Shown piece after piece: positions 1 to 11,081 of a stretch of 64,000 nt of DNA. This DNA is from Zygnema circumcarinatum SAG 698-1b (lineage: Eukaryota; Plantae; Zygnematophyceae), in NCBI GenBank assembly GCA_037447605.1, contig CM074808.1:4030001-4094000 (forward strand), in the 5' to 3' direction. Every line of letters starts with the position of its first letter. The stretch's first letter is position 1. A program made the position numbers and the translations under genes. The notes under the pieces are model-generated. The model saw nothing but the letters and a program-made list of their open reading frames with translations. It searched no databases and was not told the DNA's origin.

Positions 1-481
1 CCCATCCTCGTGCTGAATGAGCGCACATGGCCATTTGTGAGTGCACGAACCATGCATGCAACAAGAAGGTGGTGACAAGGATTTAGGGAAGCTAACCATG
101 TTTTAGAAAGCCTACAAGCCTACAATAGCGAAAGCTTCAGGTGGAGGATTCAACACAGACTGCAGAGTCGGCCACATAAAAAAAAGGAAGAGTAACTATC
201 GCCAGAAATTATTATCTACAGTCATCTTGAAATGACATAATGTAAAAGAATGTTGACAGGAACTGGAGGGCATTGTCCTAAAAAGCCCCGTTCAGTCTGC
301 TAGCCGTATGGTGCGAAACCATGATACACTGATAGTTACACGATGAAGACCATCCTGGTTTTGCCAATAGGCACATCTGAAAGCATTCCTGCTGCGGACA
401 CGCGGAGGCAACACATTCCCTCTCCGGCGCCAACTGTAATGGCGATTCACAAAATAAATACGACCATAAAATGACTACACA

Positions 482-1864
482 TCATACAAACGCCTCCGAG
501 GTGGAGGCGAGAGAGCGCTTCATTTTCTTGCCCAGCACTGCATCCAACCTTTCAGGCAGGGATGCAATCTTCATCTCCTGCAAAAAGAGAAACGACCAGA
601 GAAACAGATACCCAGCAATACAGACAAACAATGACGTAAGAATAAGCACAGCATAAGGAATACATGCACGCTCATCTGGAAAGACGAAGTCAAAAAGGTC
701 ATCGAAAAGCTGGCAGTACTACTAACCTCTTGGAGAGTCAAGTTTGCTCGTTCAGAAGGACTAAAGATTGCCTTGGCCGCTGCAAAGTCAAGCTGCAATC
801 ATATAGAAAGCAGCGAAAGCCAAGGGTTGAGCCATTTCTCAAAACGAGCTCAATAAGGTTGAACTCATAACTGCTTTATACAATCCTATTTGAAGGAGCA
901 GAAGTCGTACTTGAACATACGCATGAACAAGCTGAAACTTCGCATGCTGTGGCTTATGACTAAAGATACAGATCAGTACCTTAATGTTTGTGTCTTGATA
1001 GACAGTTTCGAATATGGCTCTGGAGCGGTTCACATGGAAATCTGACGTCACCACCAACATGTCGGTGACTCCCCTTTCAACAGCCAGAGGAAGTATCTTT
1101 ATCGCATTCTGTTCCAATCCAATACAAACAGCTCAGGACGTAGATTCCATAAAGACCATTCCAGCCTTAACCAGAAACTATAGCATAAGTCTCAAACAAA
1201 TACAGTTTGACATGCATTAGCTAAATATTCGCCACCTCCACCCTATTTGGCTACCTCAATAGTGTTGCTGGCTTCCATTTCCAGCACGATTGCCTGCCTC
1301 CTGACTCCGAGCTCGCAGCAAAGTGCTGCCGCTGCCTCTGCTTCGCTTACTGCATCTCACCCCACACCGGCAACTCGCCTCCTTGGTTCAATTTCAGCGA
1401 CACTTGCATGATTTTTTCTTTTATTTGTTAAAAACAGCTAAAAAAAGCTGATCGGGATTTCTTCTATTACAGATTTTGTCTCAGGTGCTCTCCTGAATAG
1501 CACGCTTACGTTGATAAGAAGCATAAACAATAAAATAATGCCGAAAGCTTGCGCTATTTCAGAAAAAAATGAAGTATCCCTTTCCCTCTCTCTCTATCTT
1601 ACCCTCTGCCACTTCCTTGTAGGCTTTCACACTTGCAGAATGCGATCAGAGATCATTTAAATAAACTCATTTAACACCTACAGACGTCTAAGTACAAGCC
1701 TCACCTGGTCCAGAACCTTTATACCCTGAAAGTATAAGAATCGCATCACTCTCCTCTTGTATCTTCTCAAAGCATTTCACAGCCAGTTTCACTCTCTCTT
1801 CCAGCTGCGCGGAGCACCTTCCGTCGCTGCTAACCATGCAGCCCAGCACCGCCACAGCCTTCAT
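482..1864 (-). CDS. DUF218 / YdcF-SanA-like protein (spliced, 5 coding exons, ~180 aa)
   Basis: Exons join to MKAVAVLGC...LEERVKLA...LILSG / SEAEAAAAL..LGV....IVLEMEASNTIE / NAIK...LVVTSDFHVNRSRAIF / ...EAFV*. VLG, SGG-like, SEA, E..S.NT.EN and VTS.FH..R are the DUF218 motifs. GT-AG junctions keep the frame. Confidence 0.82.
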
Positions 1865-2891
1865 CCTTTCCTTTGCCAACTTTTTACATGCGAGAAGTAA
1901 ACTCTACGACGGCTCCCCTACAGCTCCCCTGCGGGACGATCTTGACGACCTCGAGGCCACAGACACCTGCAAAAACTCATTTCAAGATCTAAAACTGCCA
2001 AAAAAAGACCGAAGAATTGAACTTTTCTTTCGCTATTCTTGCCTTTGCGAAGCTCTACCGGTATCCGTATTCTTTGATCGAAAATAGCCATGCCCTCATA
2101 GGTAGGGCAGCGCCTGCTTGAGCAGCAGATTCCCTGCAGGGCAGGGTGATACCTTGCCCTGCCCCTGCGTCAGCGTCAGCCCCCCACCGACACGACCACG
2201 TGGATCCCCTTTGACCTCGAATACCGTACTCGAAATCCAGCTTGTTCCCTGCTTCATGTTGCAGTTACAGTTGCAGTTGTAGTCGCACATATACATGATT
2301 GTAATAGTTCTAGTTGCAGTTAAAGTCGCCGTTAGAGTCCACGTTCAGCTAAAACGATAGTTGCGGTTGTAGTCATGTAGTTATAAAGCCTGTGAAAGTG
2401 AATTATACTAACTTGGATCCATGTTCTTGTTAAAGTGCTAGCGCCCTCCAAGTGCCATAGACGCCTTCTTGCTCTAAATTCGCTCGCTCTCTGCTCATCC
2501 TCGACCCCGCTCGCGCCCTAACTTAAATTGCACTGCCTCATGTCTTCCCCTTACATCTTCTTGCCTCGCTGAAGTGGCCCAGGCATGAAAAAAATGGAAG
2601 AGGAAAGAGGAAGGAAGACCATGCTTCCTGACTCTTCAGCCTCCCTCATACCGTATCGTATCGTGTTATTTCTGTATCATATCGTACCGTATCGTCATAC
2701 GAGACCTTATTCGTAGTGGAAAACGATATCGAAACAAACTACGATACAGTACGAAACGATATCGTGTCATTTCTTATCATTCAGTACGATACGTTACGAT
2801 TTGATACGGTATAGTGCGATACAGTACTTCAGTCAGCACTCAGCACCAGGCGGACCACTTGGCAGAGCGAAGGCGTCTCGGCCTGGCAGCC

Positions 2892-4305
2892 ATGGCGTCG
2901 TCCTTCCTCTTCAGGATCAGCCCGGAGGACGAGTGGCGCGCGGCGCAGGCGGAAGGAGGGCTTCTAGGTGGTGAACTTGACCGAAAAAGTGGCTTCGTGC
3001 ATCTCAGCGACGCGGAACAGGTAAGCGCCTCTGTTTGAAGCAAGCATCTAACAAGTTGACACAGAAATTGAAGATACGTAATTACCAGGATAATACTTGG
3101 AAAGATGACAGGGGATAAAAATATGGGGATTAAGTTGTTGGGAAATTTGGGCCTGTTTGGTGCTAAGGTTAAGCTTGAAGCGTACGCTTGCTTTAGCATT
3201 CTCTTCAACTAGACAGCTGGCTTGCAGCGTTTTGACATAGGGGAAATGCGCGAGCTTTCTCGGTGAAGCGATTGTGCACGATTCCCTGACCGTGCCAGGC
3301 GGCCGTTCCGGAAGGAAATGCCTGCACTGAATGCCAGAAAATAATGGCTGTCGACGTCGTCAGAAGCACTTGGAAAGGCACGGAGATGTTTCTGTTGGAA
3401 TCGGAAATCTCTTTGACGGTTTGCCGATGTAGTGCGTTGGCTAGTTTGTAGATGCATTTTCAGAGCCGACCATCTCTCACTTTTTCTTTTTTTCGAATGG
3501 TAATGGCTGCATAAATGCCTGCGAAGCTCTTTGGTCAAGTTGTTAGTATTCTAGTTTTAATTTCTGAAGCATGGTTATGAATCCTTACCGCAATTCGAAT
3601 CAGAAACAAAACCATTTTTTGGCACGCAGACTTTCCGGAAGCTGGATATTGCGATTCTGGGTGTGCCTGTACATATGGTTGGCGTTACTGATGACGGTAG
3701 ATGAATGTATCCTTAAATTCTTTAAAAATGACCATTTCCAAAAGTCAGAGTGGTTACGACACATAGATCCCGACTGCTATGGGTGAGCACGTCTTTTGTG
3801 ACGTCTATTGTCAATATTGCAGGTCCCAAGCACTCTGGCCTTGTTTTTCGCTGGACGTGATGACCTCTATCTTCTTAAAATAGACCCTTCAGAGGTGCGT
3901 TCGTCCTCCTACCATTGCAGATCCCTGGTTTTTCAGCTTGCATGTAATATTTTGCTGACTCTGTCGCTCAGCATAGCGAGCATGCTCTGCTCTTGACCAT
4001 GTCCTCTAGTCAAGAATGGAATACATTTGTCTCTCGTAATGTTCTTGTAAGTCTCGACTATTCTTTTAGCACTTACAAGATTTTTGAAATCAGCTCTGTT
4101 ACCCCTTTTCCCCTTTCTGTTTCTTTGTTGTGACTACAAGTTGGGAGACGGAGTCAAGTGGGAAGTTGTTTCCAACTCGGACACAAAATTTCCACATTTT
4201 TATGGACGCTCCGGAGATCATGCGCCGATCCCGCTAGCAGCGATAGTTGATGTAACGAAGCTCATTCTTGCAAATGGAAAGCATGTATTGCCCCCTCTTG
4301 TTTGA
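2892..4305 (+). CDS. DUF952 domain protein (3 exons)
   Basis: MASSFLFRISPEDEWRAAQAEGGLLGGELDRKSGFVHLSDAEQ / VPSTLALFFAGRDDLYLLKIDPSE / LGDGVKWE...FPHFYG...PLAAIV. This matches the DUF952 pattern (W, D...GF.HLS..Q, F.G..DL.LL.ID, FPH.YG). ATG lies in GCAGCCATGG context. Confidence 0.85.
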
Positions 4306-4756
4306 AATTTGAGCTCAACTATGTTCCCGGGCTCCGCTTTTGTCTGTGTCCACATGACACTGATGACACTTTGAATTGTATTGGGAAGGGGAGAAAAAAT
4401 CAGCACTGGCATCGTAGCACTGGCATCGTTGCACGAGCAAAAAAGGTACAAAAATGCCCTACAAGGGCTAACATTGCACATATTGCACATATATACACGT
4501 CACAGGCAGGCAGGCAGGCAGGCTCGGCTCCCCTCTATCGCACCATGCACAGAGAGGGCCTGGCGAAAAGGTTAGAGGCGCCCCAACTTACAGGCGGTTT
4601 GTGATCCCCTCACAAGGAAGGAACCTATGGTACATGGCCCCTAACGTTTGCTGCTTAGTAGTCGGTCAGAAGTCCCGATATCGGTCTTAGTGCATAAGCT
4701 GCAATGCCTCCTATAGTCCAAGTGACGCTGCTGCCCCCCCAGCCCTCGAAGACTTT

Positions 4757-6255
4757 CTAACCTCTAATCCCAAAGCAGCTCGTATACTTTCGGTGATACT
4801 TTGGTCTCCGCTTGTCCTTCTCCGCTTTTTTCTTCTCCTTCTCCTTTTCTGGCTTTTCATCCTTCCCCTTTTCCACCTTCGCCCCCTCCTCCACCTTCTG
4901 CTCGGGCTGCTCGCAAGTGCACATCGAAAGATTTAACATCAACGAAATGGCATGTTTAAAGGAGAATCAAATTCGTTTCGTACACAAGGAGGTCGGACCA
5001 TGATCCCTCGAGATTATGTGAATACAGGTCAGACAGCCGATGTAAGCATGATCAGTAAGCGGTTGCAAGCCAGCTTCATTCAGAAATTAAAACACAATGG
5101 AGGGTCAATTATGAGAAGCCACTAAATAAAATATTGAGATCATGAAGCATGAAAGCTTCAAAACGTTTGGCAAAATGCGGTAGTACTTACTGGCGCAGGA
5201 GCCTCAGCTTCTTTTGCAGGAATATGTTTCTCCATTTCCTTCTCCAATGTCGCTCCTTTAACATAATCCTCACGGGTCTCTTTCTCCGGACGCTCTCGTT
5301 CTTTCTCCTCTTCGCGTTTTGTTTTCTGCTCCGCAGCATCCTGTCATGCAGTATGCACACAAACACTATTGATTCGATGAGAAAGGACTCGCCACAATGT
5401 AGACGTTAAGGGTATCGAAGAGCTGAGCTGGCCTGATAATTGATAACGCATGGCCGCCAAAATACAAATTGGACAGGCACACCCTCCTGTAATGTCTGCA
5501 TCACGATTTCGGCTGCAATCTACTTTTCACAAAAAAAGAAAGTAAAGCAACTCTCTACATCTCCACATGTGCATCGTGAGTGATAGGGACACCTTCAACT
5601 TCTTGTACTCTTTCTCGAGGATTTCCAGACGCTCGAGAACAGACAAGTTCCCAGTCGAAGGTGGCGCTGGGGATTGCTCCATTTGCGAAGGGGAGAGGGA
5701 GCCCCTTAAATCGCGACACTGCACCGATAAGACAAGGCAACACTTATCGTCAAATTCAGCAAAAATATCGGCTCCACAGCAAACTGGCCTTTAAAAAAGC
5801 AGCTTAAAAATCAAAATAACTGTAGGATGTCAGGAAATCAGTTGTACAAAAAGGAATTCTGGTCCTTTGGGGCGATCTAAGGTGCGATATGTTCGAGAAA
5901 ATCAAGGGATGGCTTCCAGTCCAATGATTATCAGATGCCTTTGATTAAAAATATACACTGTCAATAAACAGCTCAATCTCTGCTCTTTCATCTCGCAAAT
6001 GAAGTAACGGAAATGGAAGAAAACAGCGTAAGCCCTTGCCTTCTCTTCAAGATCGTCGATGCGGTCCAAAACTGGCCGCGATGTTTTCTCCGGTTCATGT
6101 TTTTTCTCGCCGCCCATACCGGGAATATATCCTCGAGCCTTTTCAGTTATTGTCTTGCCGGTTTCTTGTATCTTATGAACTACTTCGCCTGTCTCTCCCG
6201 TCACCCAGTGGCCCGTCTCCTTCGCTCGCCGCTTGACGTTGTCACTAGCCGACAT
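4757..6255 (-). CDS. Hydrophilic, highly charged LEA-like / coiled-coil protein
   Basis: Exons MSASDNVKRRAKETGHWVTGETGEVVHKIQETGKTITEKARGY...VLDRIDDLEEK / CRDLRG...VLERLEILEKEYKKLK / DAAEQKTKREEEKERE... / ...EKEKEKKKAEKDKRRPKYHRKYTSCFGIRG*. The LEA call rests on composition only; the start is uncertain because upstream exons may exist. Confidence 0.6.
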
Positions 6256-7072
6256 TGGGCCCTTGCTTTGCTGAACACCCTCGGTGAGACGGAGGTAGAT
6301 GCTGCTGCAAGCGCCAATTTTGAGATCTACGCTACATATAAGAACTCAAACAAGAACTCAAACAGGCGTTACAAACGTTTGTAGGAGCTAAAGCAAATAG
6401 GGCCAAGTAAAGATTATGCTTACAAACATAGAACAAACAAATAAAAATTGCCATGAAGGTCATCAGAGATACTGGAAAAAAAATCCCAAATCATCTCAGA
6501 CCACGAACAAAAAAGAACCCCCCTCCCAAGAGATTCCACGACTACGACATACTAACATCAACCAAGTTTGAAAACCGGCGAGATTTTTTTTTTTTCAGGA
6601 ATAGCAGTCAATCAGAACTACTTTTCAGTGGCAGCTATGCAACGAGGACTGACCATCCTTGCTACCTCAGCCCTCAGCAAGGCTTCAGCGAACTAAATGA
6701 GAGAAAACCGAAGGAAAAATCAGTCCTAACTAGCCAGATATCATCCAGTCTTCTTCTTCCAGAAAATCCAAAATAAAACCAACGCTTACAGAATATCCAT
6801 CCATCTGACGCCAAAGCACACAATCCCCGCACACACCTCTGGAACGTTAAACCACAATACTTACTTTCGCCTGGATGCCCTCCTCACCTATTATCCAACT
6901 CAGCAACGAGCCTACCCCAAAATATGAAAATGTCAGAACCCTCCTTTCCCCTCTTTCCTCCCCCTCCCACTTCCGCTCCTTTCCCACAACCTCCCGGACA
7001 GGCCCCCCCTTCGCCCCCCCCCTTTCTGCCGCACGGAGCGGCGGGACGAGCAGTTGGCGCTGTGGCAGAGCC

Positions 7073-7098
7073 GCCACGTGCGCCCTCGCGCGCATGCA
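7073..7098. promoter_or_regulatory. ABRE/G-box (GCCACGTG) + CGCGCG + RY (CATGCA) cluster upstream of the LEA-like gene
   Basis: Literal motifs at 7073-7080, 7087-7092 and 7093-7098 in the GC-rich region 5' of the minus-strand gene. Confidence 0.45.
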
Positions 7099-7662
7099 CA
7101 GCGAGCTCCGGAGCGCCGTCCTCACCTCGCCTCTCCTCTCCTCTCCCTCTCCGCCCCGCCATGCGCGCCCTCCCCCCCTGCCGCCACCTGGCGCGGAGCC
7201 ATGGCCGCCGGCCGGAAGCACGCGGGCATGGCGGCCGGGAAGCCTCCGAACCGAAAAATATTTTCCTGCCCGCCAGCGAGCCGGCACCTTCCTAATTGGC
7301 TTTCACTCCATATGGGCAGAGGAAATATTTTGCATGACGGGCAGCTTAAGGGTACACCGTACGGTAATGTACGAACATGCACGGCGTGACGGCGTCATCA
7401 CGGTGGCAGTTGTTAACCAACCACTGCCAATGGTTGCAACCGTTTGATGTCAATGGTTGAGTAGGTTTGTCTTTCCTTGGCTTTTGTGGTCCATTCCACG
7501 TCCGTTCCGTTGTCTTGTGGCCGATTCATGAGCTTGGCATAGTTCATTGCTGAATTATAGGATGCAGACAAAAACCAACAAGGGGAAAATGCAGAACATG
7601 CGCAGCCTTCATTAACAGGACGCAGGAGGGTGGCTGACTAATGTTCATCAGGTGAAAGATGG

Positions 7663-10600
7663 CTAATTTTGACACATTTTCAATTCTGTACAGCAGTGTC
7701 CACTGGCGCTAAGGTCGGTGAGACGCCGGCCTGCGCAGAACGGGGCCTGCTTCCACTTGTTGCTAACTTTATAAAGGACAACCCCTATGCAGAGAGGGCT
7801 CTCTTCAGGTTTCGCCTACCTGTGCCTGCTCTGGAACTCCAAGTCCTGCATAGTCCCATCTAACGACAGAGGCCCTTTCTGAAAGACTGCTTGGCAACTC
7901 GTTGATCCGAACAGGGGCGACACGTGGCAGCCTGCAATCACGAAGGAGCCTTGGCCTGCACGCGCCTGCTCATCCACCAATCTGGAACTCAGCTATATGC
8001 CCTCGGGATAACTACAAACAGCAACTTAGACAATTTTAGTTTCAGGAAAACCCACGAATCGTTGCATGCATAGGGCCAGCACACCTTGCCAAAGCCGCGC
8101 AGGCGACGGAGCAGATCTCGCAAACCACGACTGCGTGGAGGCAGCTCCATTTCGCCCACTCTCTGCAGGACGGAAGAAGGGAGCAGCGTGCTTCGAACGA
8201 GGGCCAGCAATGAAAGAGCCCCATTCTTTGGGAGGGCCACTAGGTGATTAACACCATCAGATGCCAAAGAACTTTTGAGAGAATTTTGCAGGATACTCTC
8301 GACCACGACTCACCTGCAGAATGGCTGCCAAGGCATAGTGCGTGACTGGATCACACTCTCGGTCCAGGAACTCGGAAAGATTCAACACAACTTCTCCGCT
8401 CTGCTTCCCTCCATATCCAATGCAAATCACTGGCCAAGTAATGTGCCCAACCGAGGCCAATGCAGAGCTCACAGGCAGAGAGTATCCGGACGAATATCCC
8501 ATGAAGATGAAGTGGCACCAACCTGAAGCTGCCGGCTGCACTCGGCCAACAGGGCAGCACTGCGGTTCTGAAGAGCTTCTAAAGCGTGACGGGAGGCATC
8601 GACCAGCCGTAGAATAGCAGGGGTCGATAGCCCTGCAGGCAGACGAAAATACAGCTTAACGGGCAGATTTTGGAATGAAAAGGGCAGGCGGTCCTACGCA
8701 TGGCATGGGCTACCGTCACATAAGCAAGCTACACTAAACAGTTGCTTAACATGCATTGCTTTTCGATCAACATCTATCATCTTCTCAGACAAACAAGCTC
8801 CATCTTGCCGTGCCCTTGCAGGGAACATGTTCAACTGACGGACTGAGCTTCACGCATAGGCAGCAGCAGCAGCAGCAGAGCATACCGACTTCCGGGTTAT
8901 TGAGAAGAGCACGTATTCGATTGCGCGCATAAGCCATGCTGCGATTGGTCGGATCCTCCACCCAGTCCTGCCCCTCCCTCTTGCACACCTGCCCTCCGCC
9001 GACTTCTTCAGTCAGAAGTCGCCCTGCAAACTGACGGAGGGAGAAGCATACGTGGAATGTTGCACCCACTCACTTCGCAGAGCTCATGCTTGAAGCAGCG
9101 AAGCAAGGGCCGGAGGAGTCGGACTTTCCCGAGTGCCCTTGTTGAGGCAGCTTCATGCATTCCTGCAAGGCCTGCAAGGCCGCTGCAGCGGGAGAGGCGG
9201 AGGAGGAAGAGTTCTGCCTGCGGGAGACTCACCCTTCCAAATGTTCCAGGGGACCGTAGACATCTCCATCAGACTAAGCAATAACATCGACTTCAGATGG
9301 GGAAAGGAGTGAGAGGATATGCATGATGACGTAGCAATTTTGTTTACAGTTCAGCTTCAAAGAAGCACATCTCTCAAAATAGTTTCACTTTATGTCTACT
9401 ACGACAATTCCAACTTCGCTGTGATGTTATGTGGTATGCGGCCGCTCATACCGTGCATTTCTGAATCATAATGCTCATAGAGTCATTCTTGGAGCTAATC
9501 TGCCAAAACCACTAGTTAAAACGGATAAGCTCTTCGGGTTGGCACCTGATCATCGGCATGGTGAGCAGTCAGCAGATTAATGATGCCCCTCTCTTCACAC
9601 GCTTTTTGCAAGAGCCGATACCTGCAAGCGTTCCCAAAGACATGACAAGGAAGCCCCTGCCCTCTTTAACAATCTCTCAATAAAACATATGTTAGTGATC
9701 CATACATTGGTCACAATGTCGTCGTTAGATAAAAAGAGACCCATCCACCTGAAGAGGCCCTGAAAGTATAAAACTAGGAGCTGGAAAGTAGCATCTTTCT
9801 CCCAGCAAGAAGGCTGTTACACTATATGGCAAAACAACGAGCACTAAGAAGCAACGCAAGTTACCGAGCGGAACGTGCAGCACGCTGCAGATGACCAGGC
9901 CGGGGCTTTCCCTGCTGCCAGGAACATGTAAGAACTTGGGCATCCATACCTGCATACCATTCCTAGACCCCATCAACATGTTCCTTCTCGTCTGTTGCTG
10001 CTGCTTATACAAGAATCACAGCTGAGAAAGTGAGTCCAGCTAAACTCGATCAACTTCTCCATTGTCAGTAGGCAATCCAATCACTAAAAAATCTGAATAA
10101 GCCGAGCGAGGTCATTGAGCCAGCCAAAAAAAGTCACTTCAAAAGCAAAATTTCAGCCTGTTCCTAATCTTAGCGACTTCACAAATGCACGTTTTCTTCT
10201 GTTGATAAATTGAACTGCTTACGTTCACCTTTTTCAATCGACCTAAAATGTCGACTCCTCCAAAAGGTTTTAATTCCAAGGATTCCTTGATGCGCTATAA
10301 AGATTTAGAATCGCCGATTAGGGCAAGTAACCAGACTTCAAGAAATCCACAATCACATACCTAGCTTGTGCAGCCGTTGCATTGTAAGAAAAGCCTCATC
10401 ACGACTGCCATCCCGCAGAGCATGATCCACCACCAGCCCAACTACAGGACTGCTTTCATGCTCGCCCCACGCAACCTCTTGGGAGCGCGCCCAGCGAGCT
10501 GATAGGAGAGCAAGCGCCATGCTATCCACACCGCCAGAGACTGCCACGGCTGCCATCCACCGCAATCCACCTACATCGTTTGTTTGTCCCTAATGCTTCA

Positions 10601-11027
10601 GACAGGCCATGCATGTACTTAGCCGATTTTATGAGGGCGTTCAGAGAGCAAAATCAACAAACAAATATGCAAGAAACCAGCGAGATGGAATGGCAGATTC
10701 AACCTTGTCGCAATTTTACTCTTAACCACACTCGTTTTTCAAATTTCTTTGCGAAAGCTTCTCGCCAAGACAAGAGAAAATCAGTTTGCTGCTTTGCAGT
10801 AAAAGGTTAAAGAGAAAGATACCGATGCGCTCTCCTTGGCGAACATTCACAGAAGACAAGAAGCGAGCCAGGCCGCCCTCATGCAGGACCCATGCCATCG
10901 CCATGGCGACTGCGCTGCGAGAACATTTGTTTGGCATCTCATCAGTTTCGTCGTCTTCAAGCTCTCTCATTCCCGGACCCGGAACGTATCGTATTCGAGA
11001 AGGCCATGTTACGAGCGCGCCTTCCAT
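7663..11027 (-). CDS. tilS: tRNA(Ile)-lysidine synthase, organellar, RSY3-like (multi-exon; both ends approximate)
   Basis: PP-loop [34 protein letters not shown]...[24 protein letters not shown]; C-terminal [10 protein letters not shown]. The start may be 10904, 11027 or 11221 (see findings). Confidence 0.9.
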
Positions 11028-11081
11028 TGAAGGAAAGATTTGAAGGCCGTGCTCTCACATTGTCTGCGCTTGCAGGCAGCC

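Noticed and set aside
3707-3716. U12-type donor GTATCCTTAA
   Set aside because: It lies inside the GT-AG intron of DUF952, with no upstream exon and no U12 branch site before the acceptor.
6847-7447. Several overlapping 90-190 aa ORFs (likewise 17124-18614, 41801-42342 and 58876-59351)
   Set aside because: GC-rich promoter sequence is stop-poor; the translations are low-complexity with no recognisable domain.
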